From Blasia pusilla (lineage: Eukaryota): a stretch of 64,000 nucleotides of DNA. Position 1 is the first letter of the stretch, and every line of letters starts with the position of its first letter. The notes below the pieces were generated by a model that worked only from the letters and a program-made list of their open reading frames with translations, had not been told where the DNA came from and searched no databases. Positions 9,830 to 23,817 of this stretch are shown here, one piece after another. Location of the stretch: positions 27,714,001 to 27,778,000 of the forward strand of contig CM114271.1 in assembly GCA_050084515.1 (NCBI GenBank), written 5' to 3'. The translations under genes and the position numbers were made by a program.

Positions 9830-10880
9830 TTACTAGTAAGTTTTTGCCCATGGAATGCATTCAACCGGATCCATGGAAATGAAAATATTTCACAAATGGA
9901 GCATCTAATGAAATCATTACATTAGACACATGTTCAAATTTTAGATTTGAAAAATAAATAATAAAGAGAAGTTTTCGTTTAAATATATGAATAATCATAA
10001 GATTATAATTTTCATTAAAACAATGCTTATTTCCCCTTATTAGTTTAGAGAGAAATCAATTAGCTTATTTTTCCAGCCCCCATCTCTCAATAAAAAAAAA
10101 AGAATCACTTAGTTTGATCCAAAGTTTGTCTCAAAAATTTCTTTAAAAATCCCTCATAAGTAGAGCTTGAAAATTAAATTAAATTATATATTTATGAAAT
10201 AATATGTTTTTTCCTTCCAAAATCAGTTTGAAATTAAAAGTTTTAGTTTTTTTTTTTAATGTTAAAGTAATAATTTTGATTTTAAAATTGAAAAAGAAAT
10301 TTATTATGAAAAGAATCACAATTTTTTCACGAAGATTCAATTTAAAAAAATAAAATTTTAAACAAAAATTAAGATAATTATTAAAACCTCTTTCCTATTC
10401 AAATTTTAGCTCAGTATAAACAAAATCTAAAAACATTGAAAAGCTTAAGGGCGTTAGTCGAGGCTAACAACCTTAATAATGTGATGACTAATAAGATGCT
10501 GATGCGCTGCATGGGAAATAAAAAGATGTTTGAAGAACTCTAGCCAGAGTGAAGGGATTAATGATGTTGAAAACAAATTCAAATATTTTTCTTGTTACAT
10601 GAGGTGTAATAAGAAGGTACTCTCCAATAGTAATGTACTAATAAGATGCGCATGGGATGCACGTAAATAAAAAAATGTTTGAAGAGCTTTTGTAAGTGTT
10701 TAGCCCATGGGAAGGGATCCATGATGCTCACACAAATTCAATTTTTTTTCTTGTTACTCGTAAGATGTGAAACATTTTCTTGCTGCCTAGTTATCACATG
10801 TCAAATGGAGACGTATTTACAAAAAGAAAGCACACTCCCATCATTCACAATATACTAGCGGGCAGCCCATGCCCACTAGT
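9830..10880. repeat. AT-rich Helitron-like repeat
   Basis: Minus-strand hairpin plus CTAGT end at about 9832-9877. Shares blocks with 38610-40200 (ATGGAAATGAAAATATTTCACAAATG; GATCCAAAGTTTGTCTCAAAA). Hairpin with CTAGT at about 10855-10880. Confidence 0.55.
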
Positions 10881-12647
10881 ATATTATGAATCGTTTTCTT
10901 ACTGTCCATGAAAGGGAAAACATCTTCTTGTGAATCAAAGAGGTGTCTCCAAATAAAAAAAAGGCTTTCTATAAGAATATATTATTTGAGAAAGCCGGAT
11001 GAGATAAAAAATAGTGCACATTTTTAATAATAAAATATGAAATTCTTGAAAATCCTCAGCCCACGTAAGAAGCCGTGGACGCAGGTACGAGCGACACATA
11101 AAAAGCAGGTGGCACGCTCCGCGGAGCACACCTGGCAAACACTGAAGCGTAACATGCAAAAGCTCCTCCTCTGAACTCTGCGGGTTTCAAAACACGATTT
11201 GTGAACGCTCGAAAAACGATCAATTTTGCGCAGCGGGTCGGGGAAAAAATTGAGCTCGAGCGACCAAAGGTTAGCAATTCTCTTGAGGAGAAGACGCTAC
11301 GTGCGCAGTTGTGTTCAGATCGTGTGTTCAGAGTCTTCAGACGGTGGAGCATTGGTTGGAGCCCGTACGCAATGTCGCGAATTCGAAGGTTGTAGACTAA
11401 GGCGGGGGATTGTCCACTTTGAAGTGCCACCGCTTCACAGAGTACGTCCGTCCTGATGACTGAATGCTCATGGACCTGAATGATTCGTGGTTATGATCAA
11501 ATTGGGAGAACTTGTGAATATTTTGACCTCTTCCTGAGATACAGAATTATTGTAGTTCAAACGCTGAAGTGCTTCCTGACGATTTGTATGTATCATAATT
11601 GAATGCTCGTTGATCTTGCTAAGTATTGTGATCGAGAATCTCAAGACTTGCGTGTTGTTTCTTGCCTCTTTACGAGTGTAGAGAGTAAACTCTTAACAAC
11701 TTACGACCTTCCGATTATTGAGTCTCAATGCTGCTGCAAAAGAGAAGCAGTCGTGCAGCGCGTTGATCTCGCTCACTGCTGACATATTTCCTGATGATTT
11801 TTAGAACGAAATTCTCGTCGATCTGAATGATAACGTGATTCTGAGCATATTGAGAAAACTGGTCTTCTTCTTAAGGTAGAGAGTACCAAGTGCTTGGAGC
11901 GCTGAGATTAAAGGAGCACAGATTTAACTTCAAATTCAAATATTAGCTCTTACATCCTCGCGCAGGTACCACGAACTCACAGCTTCTTCAACTCCTTCCA
12001 AATGATTTCCAAAGGACACTGCAAATTAGAACTTGTGTTGAAATTCTCCTGCTAATCAGAACCAAGTGTGGTACTAACGTGCTTGTAAATTAAGGTCCCA
12101 ACTTAGGTTGAATACCAAAGTGTATACGGGGAGAATAAGCCGATGAGAATTGTAGGATGTTGTCAAGTCAAGTATACTATTAAGACCCTAAGGCTCTTCA
12201 CACTTAGAAAAGCCTACGCATTGGGGTTTTCTGCAGATCCAGCACACGGGTGGAATTATACATGATCCAATAAACATGTCTATTTTGTCTGATCTAACTC
12301 CCGGTCCTTAGCCTAGCGTAGGGAGAATACTTGCGCATCTTGGCTTTTACCGGTCTCTTGAAGGTACGTAAAGAAGAGTTTCTCGGGGCACTTGATGTTA
12401 GCATGAGGCTCCCTCTGAAGGTCGTAAAGTAGATGTAACAATCCAATTCTGAAATGGTTTCATCGGCGTGTGCGCGGTTACGTAGGAATGACATAGGTAG
12501 CATCTGTGTATATTTCTATTAAGCGGAGTTGTTAATTCTAGGAGAGCCTGATTGTTCACTTGAACGTCAGTGATTCTTGCATATATATATATATATATCC
12601 GAATCTCGATCGTCGCTGGAATTGCGCGAGCAAGAGTCTGAGGAGTG

Positions 12648-15600
12648 ATGGCTATATTGCGAAATCTTGCGAGTAGGGATTGGTGCGCGGTACGAGGCCC
12701 CCGACTGGCGCACGAGGGATCTGTTGCTCATCACCATCCTCTTATTTCTAATATCTGTCGCTGTACCGTTCCTCGGAGGCCCAGTGCTAATTTGAGCTTC
12801 AACATCTCTCAAGAGCTGACAGGAATAGCGCTTGTAATTGGGTCTCGGAGAAGTCGGAAGCTCCAAAGCTGCCGCTTCAAAAGCGGACTTATGGTGCGAG
12901 GAGATTTCAGAGACGCGGATCAGCCTAGAGCTGATGGAGACGTTACAGTAGAGAAGAATGATGATCGTGGTGGAGAAGTCAGACGAAGTGGAAGAATGAA
13001 CGGGAAAGTAACACATCCACCAGAAATGAAGTCTGAGTATATAGACGCATGGAAGGAGGAGTTGGCTGCAAATTCAGATCTTACGACAGAGTTGGGGGAT
13101 ACGAAGCAATCGTGGAATGATACTCTGCATGTGCAAGCACAAATTGACCGAAGATGTGTGGACAACATGAGAATGTTAGCGGTGGATTCTGTCAACACGG
13201 CGAAGGCCGGCCATCCTGGACTACCACTAGGAATAACCGAAGTGGGGTTTGTATTGTACAAATACGCCATGAAGTATAATCCTAGGAATCCAAACTGGTT
13301 CAATCGGGACCGATTTGTCCTCAGCGCAGGGCATGGATGCCTTCTTCAATACATCTGCTTACATTTAGCAGGATTTGAAGTCCAGGTCTCCCCTCCCTCA
13401 ATCTGTTCCTATCTATGGAATCACAACTCTAATGTGTTTTCCATGTGAAATTAGCTATTTGCATTTATAGAGATTCTGCATGATTCTGTTGCTAAAAGCA
13501 AACTGCATGCGGTTTGTATGTAAGCGTTGTATGTCAGCGAATGTGTGTGGGCGGATCTACCGAGCACTGTATGACAGCATGACTAACTGCATTGTGTTGA
13601 TTGTGCAGTTGGAAGATCTGAAAAGATTATGCCAGCTAGGGAGTCGGACACCCGGTCATCCAGAGAACACCACCACACCTGGGGTTGAGGTCACTACTGG
13701 TGAGAACCCTTATACGTTCGTCGAAGATTGGCTATTGCCCAACTCGACCATTGTGGACCCGAGAGATTGATTATAACCAACGACCCTAAGTACGTTGCTC
13801 TTTGCTTATTTGCACTTTGTACGTTTCTCATATTACGAGGACGTGGCAGATCGACGAAAGAGGAGAGAAGGGAGTTCCACTAACCAATGATCAATACGTT
13901 ATTCCATCAGGTCCACTGGGACAAGGAGTAGCAAATGCAGTGGGTCTTGCGTTAGCTGAAAAGCATCTAGCAGCAAGATTCAACAAGCCCGATTTCAACA
14001 TAGTGGATCATCGGACGTAAGTCCTTACATTCCACTCCTCTCAACTCCAACTCCACTCTTGTCTCGTAGTCCAACTATTGAGCACTTGAGAAGAAATACT
14101 ACAAAACCAACGGATTCGATCCGAACATTCTGAAAAAATCACGTATGCATGAGCCTTCTCTATTATGCTTCAGATAACGTCCAGTTCCGGTCTTATCTAT
14201 TGTGAAGATCCAAAATTGCAGAACTAAGGTGGTCACAAACAAAAGTGAGCGAAGGATGGTATGTAGAGCGAAGTCCACTGAAGCTGAAATGGTCGATATT
14301 GACATGGAACTCTTACTTTACAATGACTTATCTCCGCAGATTTTGTATTATGGGTGATGGATGTGCCATGGAGGGTATTTCGAACGAGGCAGCTTCGTTG
14401 GCGGGCCACTGGAAGTTGAACAAACTGACCGTCATTTATGATGACAACAAGAACACAATTGATGGATCTACGTCAATGGTTTTTAGTGAGGATGTGGGAG
14501 CTCGGTTCAGAGCTCTCGGATGGCAAGTCATCCTCGTCGATGACATTTACGAAGACCTAGAAACGCTGAAGACTATTCTCATGGTCGATGCCAACAAGAG
14601 TGAAAAGCCTACGTTCATTCAGGTCAGCTGAAATCAGATTCCATTCCTTCCCTCCATGCCGAACGTAAACACTTCAAATTACGTTTTCCTGCAGCACTGC
14701 CATCGTCTGCAGGATGACTGAAAGATGAGAAAAGCCCAGCAATTAAGAAACGAGGGCCGAAAAGGGTGAAGAGTTAACCCCTTCAAGGACTCGTGCAAGG
14801 TGGACCATAATGACCCTATGCAGGCACAAGTTGCTCCACCTAAGCAATCCGCCACAACCTCTGATGTTCAAAGTTTCTTATGGACGTTTGTACGCTTTCG
14901 TTCAACAGGTCAAGACGAGGATCGGGCGTCCATCGGTGAAAGAAGGAACTTCTAAGGCTCACCATGGAACATTTGACGACGAAGATGTTAAGCAGATGAA
15001 GGAGAAACTGAAGTGGACCGGACGAGAACCATTTCACATCATTCCAATGGTGTATGAGTAAGTTCTCGAACTGCGCACCACCACCACCATTCCAATCCGC
15101 CAGTTGATTGTGGAAAGATAATGGTGGACTCTGAGTATTCTTCCTTATCATTACTTGTATCTCCAACTTCCATGATGGTGGACAGAACACTCACTTACAG
15201 ATGTTCCATGCGGAATTCAACTTGATCTAAATTCTCCATAGAACTTGATCTAAGTGATGTTCGAGTTCCAACTCGTATTTGTCTAGAATTACTGGACTAT
15301 GAAGCATGTGCCAACCTGCCGCTACATTTCATATCTAAGTAGAAGTACGTGAAGCAGTATGAAGTATGTTCCAACACTTCGAAGATGTCCTGCTGTCGTA
15401 CAGAGAATTCAGAAAGACTGCTAAGAACGCTGCTCTGTTGGAGGAATCATGGAACTCGTTGGTCAAAGACTACGAGAAGAAGTATCCAAACGAAGGTCGG
15501 GAATTTCGACAACTCTTGAGTGGAAACCTCACCGATGATTGGCAAAAGGTCCTACCGGTAAGAGGACTTTTTATACTGAACTTTTACAGTCAAACTTCGA

Positions 15601-16780
15601 GAGTTAACTTTCATAACCCTTAAACAAGGGGTTCCGACGGGTCCTGAAGCGGGGGTTGTATCTGGTCCCGTTGATCATGTCGACTCAGCTGACGGAATTA
15701 ACTCTGACCGTCTTCATTCAGCAGATACACAGTTGTTGAGAACATTAGGATCCCTTCTTCATATCTTAAAATTTCACTTGTGCATTTTGTTGAATCCTCT
15801 TCTTGCAGAGATGGAAGGAATCTGACAAGGTGGATGCAACGCGAGGATATTCAGAGAAGTGTCTGAATGCTTTGGCTGGAGTGTTACCAGGGATGTTAGG
15901 AGGAAGTGCAGATCTAGCAAGCTCCAACAAAGTGTACTTAAAAGATATGGAGGATTTCTCATCGGAAGTTCCCTGGGGGAGAAATATTCGATATGGTATT
16001 CGTGAACATGCGATGGCAGGTATTTCGAATGGGTTGGCCTTGCATGGAAGTGGGCTTATACCATTTGCAGCAACTTTTCTAATTTTCAGTGATTACATGA
16101 AAAACTCGATGCGTCTCGCTGCTTTGAGTCAGGCTGGAGTGATCTACATTCTTACACATGACTCAATCGGTCTCGGAGAGGATGGGCCAACCCATCAGCC
16201 AGTCGAGCAGCTTGTGGGACTGAGGGCTATTCCCCGAATGGTGGTCCTGAGACCAGCTGATGGAAACGAGGTCGCTGGCGCCTACGAGGTCGCAATCAAT
16301 CGTAGGAATGCGCCCACTGTGATCTCCCTGTCACGCCAGAAAGTGGAGTCCAATCTGGCAGGGACAATGGCAGAAGGTGTTGCCAAAGGTGCGTATACAA
16401 TCAGTGACAACTCCAGCGAAGGGGAACTCCCCGAGATTATTCTCATGGGCACTGGAACGGAGCTTTGCCTTTGTGAAAAAGCTGCACAGACTCTTCGAGA
16501 GGAGGGCAAGAGTGCGAGAGTTGTTTCTCTGGTGAGCTGGGAGCTGTTTGATGAGCAGCCGCAAGCCTACCGAGACCAAATCCTCCCTCCTCTTGTAACC
16601 AAGCGTGTGAGTGTAGAAGCCGGATCTCCTCTCGGATGGAGACAGTATGTAGGACCTACAGGCCTAATTCTTGCTGTGGAGTCCTTCGGTGCCAGCGGGG
16701 CCTATCTGGATGTGTTCCAAGACTTTGGCTTTACACATCATAGAGTCATAAATGAAGCTCGCTCGTTGCTCCAGAATTGA
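12648..16780 (+). CDS. TKL: Transketolase, 7 exons, with a long N-terminal extension (possible plastid transit peptide)
   Basis: Exons 12648-13385, 13609-13699, 13911-14016, 14340-14622, 14909-15057, 15404-15557, 15809-16780, GT-AG introns in consistent phase. Motifs [32 protein letters not shown] (ThDP binding), [22 protein letters not shown]. Confidence 0.96.
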
Positions 16781-17389
16781 ACTTGTGCCCACCTCCAAGG
16801 CAAGCCACTCCGAATGGATGTCTAAAATACTTCCAGCAAAGTGCTGACGGACCCACCCTACCTCCGTGGCGACTGCCTTTCAGAATTTTGTGGAAGCTTG
16901 GCAGACGTCTGCTAAACTCCCGCAAATTGGCACATTGAAATCTACCGATCGGACTCAAACTTCCAATTCTGTGAAAAATATCTAGGGTGGAAAATATCTA
17001 GGTTAAGGAAAGAACCAAAATTCTCTTTCTTTCCATTGTTCCTGCCGGCAATGATCCATAATCAAACGCCATGCTTCTTGGCTTAACATCTACATGGAAC
17101 ATCAGTTCGTAGAGAAGTATTGCAAATCTCTTTTTCATTGTAAGATTCTGTCGTGTAAATCAAATAGTTGTGGCTGTCTAATTGCCCTCCACACGTCGCT
17201 ACATATCTGGGTTTTCTCCACTCGTTTGGTCGATATGGAACGTGGAAACTAGCATGACATGTGTGGTAAGCTCGTTGGATTGGTAAATTCAGGTGGACGG
17301 AACAAGAATCACATAAGTAAATGATTTCGTATCACTAACATAGTATAATTATCCGTCACACGAGTTCATGTGCTAAAATCACGTGTACA

Positions 17390-20300
17390 ATATAACACTG
17401 TACTCCCCACAAACATATTGTACGACTCAACTGGTGTCGTAATCGCACGTGTGCGCATCATAGCACTATCCGTCGCATGCTCTGGCTGGACTTTGCGACT
17501 ATCTCTTGTCGAGTCATATACTGCGTGGGTGACATGCCCCCAATCGAGGTCTGTATCTAGAAGGGGCAAGACTCAATGTCGGCTTTCCGTAAGCCCAACG
17601 CTAAACACACCGCCTTCCCTAACATCAAGGGTTGCGCTCCCGAATCAAGTAGGACGCGCTGCGGGTGGTATACTGTCTTTGTCAAACTAACCAAGCGAAA
17701 TACTCCAGCTTGGTTATCCAGTAACACTACTCCAGGTGTCACCACTGCTCACTCGATGGTCGGTTAAGTTGGCATATCTACCAACTTCACCGCCGTTGCA
17801 TGCCATGACTTTGTGGGGGACGTTCCGAGCACTGGCTCTGAGGGCAAGTCCACCACCTCCTCAACTACCTCTGAACAAGAAGTAGTCACCTCTCCACGCT
17901 CACACAACGTGGCGGCCAGCCGGAACACCTCAACTGGTCCAACTCACAACGTCGCCAACTCTATGGTGGAAAATAACAGAGTCTAGCTCACTCTAGTGGC
18001 CACCCCAACACTATGGTCGACATTGACTCCACTAGAGCCGACATAGGAGTTATCACTCCAACTCCTATGACGTGACGTCGACGTACCTACCTGACTTGTA
18101 GGCACCGCTGGTCGTCGAGGCACCATCGATGGTGTGTGTAGTGCCTCCGACAATGTGAATGATTGTGGAACCCTGGCCTACGGCCCATCGATCCCCTCCG
18201 GTGGGTCAATCTCAACTCCACCTCTTGGATGGCTCATTGCCTCTCGCATCACCCCGAGTCACCACTGTAGCAGCCTCAACCTGAGTTGCACTACACACAA
18301 ACCCCATACTAGCGAGATCCTCACCAGGGTTAGGGTAAGAGGTAGAAGCTAGAGCTACACTAGCAGCTCGTGGCTCCGTGCCTTCCTTGAGCTGCATCAT
18401 CGTCATGGTAGCAATCCTCTGCTCCAACTGATCGGTGCGTGAGAGAAGTGTCGGCTCTGGTGCTCCTGCTCCATCTCCTCTAGCTAGTGGTGGTCCTCTA
18501 CCACCACGTCCACGAAGAACTCCCTGACCTCCTCCAAGACGACCGTCCCCAGGCCCTTGGCCTACCTCTAGACGTGCCTCTTGACGAAGGTCAAAACATC
18601 TATCCCTAGTATGACCATATCTATGGCAATAGACACAGTGGTAATGTGGTGGGGCCAGCCTATATGGCTCCTAAGCAATCGGAGGCGCTCGTGGTCCTCT
18701 CCCATGCTGTGTGCACTCTCTCTGCCTATGGGCCCCTCCACACGTCCAACAAGACAACATCGGTCTCTGTTGGGCAACATATGTAGGTACGGGTCGTTGC
18801 CTCATAGGCTCACGGTACCCGGCCTGCTCTCTAGGCACACAGGCATGCTCCCGTGGTACTGATGCTCGCTATGGCACCTGTGGGATCATCGTCGCTCGTG
18901 GACCCGTCAACTCTTGAGAAAATCCAGAGGTCACTACTTGCTCCTCACTCATGCTGAGCTTAATACGCTCAGACAACTCAAAGACCACCTTCAATGTGGG
19001 CTTCGCTGTGTGAATCAGCACCGCATCTCGGACTCTCCTGCGTAGTTCTCGGTCCAGAACCCCGTACTAATACAGGACTGACTACGCCTAAGTCATTCCA
19101 TACGTAGCAATGATCAACCTCCTCATGCGCGTGAATGCCTCTCTCAAACTCTCACCCGATCGTCGCTGAAAATCATGTAGACTCTTCTGCTTGTCGATGC
19201 GTACGCCCTGGTAGCTCTTCCCCAAGTGTCGGAAGAACTCCAATGTGGGACTGAAGCTGGGTGGCCCTCTACCAATAGAGGTCTCTGCCACATCGCTAGT
19301 CTCACTGCCCTCCTCTCCATCTAGTCTCCGGGATGATGGTCTGGGTCTCTCTCCTCTCACGATCCCATCATATGCCTTGCGACCACTAGTGGACACATAT
19401 CGTGGAGCCCAATACATCCTCCATGCATGGATCTCCACTAAATATAGTGATCAAAACTCCATGAAGTCATCCATCGGAGGATCCTCCAAGTGCTGGAACA
19501 ACCCCTTCCATGCCATGAAAGGGTTGAATCGTATCGGGGTCCGTATCTCTTGGAAGTCACACCACGTGTCGAACTCCTGGATAAAATCATCTAAGTTCAT
19601 GGTGCCCACTGCACCCAAGAAACGATGCATGCCCTGATGGCCCATGTCGTCCATCTCTTGCCAAGTGACATTGCATCCGTCTGTGATCTCGTCACCAGAC
19701 CCAGTGTCTACTGATGAGGATCCAGCCACGGATAGATGTTGAGGTAGGTCCTCACTCGTAACCCCTTGGTATCTCACTCCACTCCGTGTCACACCACTAC
19801 TACTGCTCGCACTACCCCGTTCTTCCGAACCCTGGAAGAACGCTGTGATGACAACCCTGTCTCACCCGCTCAAGCACTCAGACTCACCGAGAGTCTCCCA
19901 CACTCCTCACTAGCTTACCTATGCTAACATCAATCCCGTGATGACACACCCAACCTCACACACACTCAACACTCAGGCTCACCATGCGCCTCCCACTAAC
20001 TCACCTAATCTACCGACACGCTCGGGTCATACATACGACCCCTACTCGAAAACCGCCGTTTATCCACCAACATGCTACACATGATAAGAGTCTACACTCA
20101 TCACCATCACTGCACCCACCTAGCACCAACTACTACTCGATATCCAGCACTCTCAATCACAAAAGAGTGCGAGAAAAGGGACTCGAATGGGTAACCTGAT
20201 CACGCCTACCAACCTACCGCACAGTCAGCATCCACTTCTCCATGTGATATGACAACCTCCGCAACACGACACTCTCCTCGACCAACACGTCGAACCTCTC

Positions 20301-22351
20301 GTCAACATCGACGTGTATGTCTCCATCAGAATCCTTGCAAATCCTAGCCACGCTCGAAAAATATTACGTCTTGAAAAAATCTCTCCGCCCATCCCCAGAC
20401 GTGCCTCGCAATCTCAACTCAACCATGTCCAAACTCAACCATGCCCGTCTATCACATCACTCGCGTTGCTACCACGTTGCCCTACTACGTCCGCCCTGGC
20501 CCCTACTACACCTACCGCTCTGCCCCTATCCAATATGATCCAACCACGTACATGATTACTACGTCCCTACCACATCCGCTCCTCCATGTCGCAACTATGT
20601 AAGGGAAAAAAAAGGGCCAAGGGCTTGGCCCGCGTCCCTATGGACCATAATGGCCCTAGAGCCCTAAATGCGCGTGGGGGGGAGGGGGGGGGAAGGGAAG
20701 GTAAACGCCTCCGCGCCTTGGCTTCATCCGAGTTGCTCCGTCCTACTCTAGTGACCTATGACCTAACCCTAGTCTCTAGCTGCCTTTACTTGACAACCCC
20801 CCCGGATGGCTGCAAGGCTAAGCTCTCCTTTCCCTCTTCTTCCCGACATCCCGCCATTCTCCCGTCAACACTACACTCTGTGCTACACTCCAGCACCCTG
20901 TCTGCCACTCTGTTGCTGCTCTACTCTACAATCTGCACCTGCAAAATCTACGAAAAAATGGACAGCGCTTCCGCCCACAGTCTTTCGAAGAGAAATATGA
21001 CCAAAAAAATGCCAACAAGCGTCTCCAGGGGCTCCCCACCGAGGCAACTCGCTTGCCTACCTACAAAAAACCAATTCCCACCAGCCCCCCTGACATCTTT
21101 CTCATGTAAAAGTAAAGAGTAGTGAAAGACCTCAATAAGAAAATTTTCAGAAACGACATTCCTGACACAATGGACCTATCCTCAACCTCATCCGACATCG
21201 TGGGACAAAGTTACACTCAAGATAGTCCGTTGGCTCCTACGCCCTATCTACGATAGATCTCGGCCTATCGGCTACTAAGATGTGAAAACATATTCATAAA
21301 CGTTTGAATTCCCCACAGCCATTCATTATGTGACCAAGAGTCTCCTCATCCATTTGAGCTTTTCCGCAACTCTCCATACCAATGTCGGCTGAGAGAGCGC
21401 TTTTGCCGCACATAACTCCTTTAGGGATGCTAGATGCTCTTGAATTACCTCCCGCTGAATGCAAGAATGCTTTAGGAAAAGGCTAAAAGGTTGTACGCAA
21501 AGGCTAAAAGGTAAGGCAATAGATGTGGAAGGCTAAAAGGGTACGCACTATACCAGGAGGCATAAGCTGTGCTTGTGCTTGGTATTGACAATCTGAGATT
21601 GAATACAAATAGAGAAGGATTAATTACATCCTCAAATGCGCGGATTGTCCCGCGTCCGACCCTCACCAAGAAAGAAATTTCCGAGATGTCCGTGTCATCA
21701 GATGATATGCACGCTGTCAAATCAAACTTCCATCCGAAAACAACAATCCAAACAAGAAGTAGCCTCAGTCGGACAAGCTTCTAAAACAAGCACCCGATGA
21801 AGAGATTCTGAAGCATCCAACAAAACGAAGTAGAATAACCATGATGCAAATCATAACCATAAACGTTCCAACTGATTTTCCCCGTAAGCAACCATGACTA
21901 TCCGCGCCGCATTTGGGCCACAAAGCATCCACAAATACCACTCAGCCAGATTTTTTCCACGCTAGAATCTAGATTCCAACGAAACTATTGTTGAGCATAC
22001 AAAATTAATTGCAGTAGTTTGCATGTTTGCAATCCTTAGGTTGCTCCGCCATAGCCCCCCTCCCCCCCTCTCGAATGAAATGTAGAATCCCCCGCCACTC
22101 ACGGAGAGGCGGGGGAAATGACCTAAAATGCCATGTCACTCCTTCCGCTCACCACAGCGGTCATTTGAAAAATGCCCCATATCCTTCAAAGGCACCACCA
22201 AATCTTGAAGCACTTCTAGCTCCACAAACGCCATCCTTCTCATTCAACCGGTTTTGTCTATATTACATACTCCCGCAAGTAAAACTAATCCGATGAAACC
22301 CTCACCTCCAAGCCACGAGAAACTGCACAACTCAGAATTCTGGCAGTGACA
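17390..22351 (-). mobile_element. Element 2: 3'-truncated member of the same lineage (leader, gag, protease only)
   Basis: gag HRFLGAVGTMNLDDFIQEFDTWCD (19451-19792) and protease VLLDSGAQPLMLG (17557-17745). Homology stops after GSTVLY at about 17390. The 5' end TGTCAC at 22351 is only a candidate. Confidence 0.8.
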
Positions 22352-22369
22352 CAAACGCACTCCGCACTA

Positions 22370-22533
22370 TCTAAACCTTATCGAGATCTCAATCAAGGAT
22401 AGTTTTATCATGGTTAAATTTGATGCTTGTAAAATTTAACCATGATAAAGGCCCCGTGCGATCATGGTAAATGGTACATAGATCAAGCCCCGTGCGATCA
22501 TGATAACCATGATCGCACGAACTTTCTTACTAG
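22370..22533 (+). mobile_element. Miniature non-autonomous Helitron-like element (about 164 bp)
   Basis: A|TC...CTAG|T boundaries. 12-bp-stem hairpin CGTGCGATCATG-ataac-CATGATCGCACG ends 10 nt before CTAG. Internal 18-bp perfect inverted repeat at about 22405-22449. Confidence 0.65.
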
Positions 22534-22599
22534 TTCCTTTAAGGATTAGAGATTAGACCAAAGAATTAAAGTGGGTCCCTTCCCTTTGTATAACTCTTA

Positions 22600-23122
22600 G
22601 GACTCCGTTTTGTTCTTCGATCCAATTAATCGGGTTCCCTAGCTTTGTTTTGATCTTTGGTTCAATCCGCCTCTTCCCTTTGATCTTTCTTTTATTCTTT
22701 GGTTCAATGGAACCCATCCCTTAGGACTTTGTTAATTCTTGTGTCAAATCGACCCCTTCCCTTGGGACTCCGCTTAATTCTTTGGTCTAATCGGACTCTT
22801 CCCTATGGCCTCGTCACAATTATAAGGTCTAGTTATTCGGCCCCTTCCCTTCTGTCTCTCTTCAATGCTTCGGTTCAAGGGCCCCCTTCTCTTCGGACTC
22901 GACTTTCTTCTTTTAACCCCTTCACTTTAAAGTCTCCTTAATTCTTCAATCCAATTGAACCCTTCTAGTTGGACTCTTCTTTGTTCTTTGGTCCAATTGG
23001 CCCTTGCCTTAAAACTCTACCTAATTCTTTGGTCTAGTCAGTCATCCCCGTTGGACCGTGCTTAAATCTTCGTTCCAATCGATTGGCTTTGACTGCGCTT
23101 AATTATTCAGTCGAATCGGCCC
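22600..23122. repeat. Degenerate pyrimidine-rich tandem repeat (about 40-43 bp unit)
   Basis: Recurring GGACTC...TTAATTCTTTGGTC(C/T)AATCGG-like units. Confidence 0.6.
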
Positions 23123-23817
23123 ATCTATATTATTATGGGAGAGTGTCTTTTGATTTGCAAACACATCTACCCTTAACATGTGGCAAGTGGACAGCAAAAA
23201 AATTTTCATATGCATAATTTAAAATTTTTTTTTATGCGCAATATCATTAATATCTTCCGTACGCCAGCTTTTGAATTTTTTAAAAAAATTCCCGATTCAT
23301 CTTGCTAGTTTTAATGGGAAGCCGTGGATTACAAACCAAACTAACTCCCGTTTCATTTTAAAATTGCATGGGAAAGACTTCCCGGGAACTAAGTACTGGT
23401 AAACCCTTTCGCAGAGTTACCGTTCCCGGCTGTAAAGACCCGGTAACGTACCGGGTGCCCGTAGCAGCGAACGTCTCAATCGAGAGAGACTAGCATGCTG
23501 CGCCCATCTCCATCGGAGGTGAGAGGAGAGGGTACCGAAATAACAGTCAATCCTAAGGACCGTTGAGAATTTAAACTTGTATTTCCCGCGCTTGGCTCCA
23601 CATCGACTATGATTACTGCTTGCAACAGTCCAGAAGTGACCATCGTGATATTACGTTGCCGATGGGTGCTTCGTTCAAACTGATCCTGTCTCCGCCGCCT
23701 TTGTCTTTAGAGCTATTAGACATCGAGTGAAATCTCCCAGCAAAAGATTGCTGCGCGAATTGTTACAAGGACTTTTATCCTCTGGCTCGATTCGGTACCA
23801 ATCGCTCATCGTTTATC

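Noticed and set aside
10935-12503. ORFs upstream of transketolase
   Set aside because: Short, overlapping on both strands, no motifs; likely non-coding.
22600-23122. CRISPR-like array
   Set aside because: Units are degenerate with no constant repeat and unique spacer pattern, there are no cas genes, and the context is eukaryotic.
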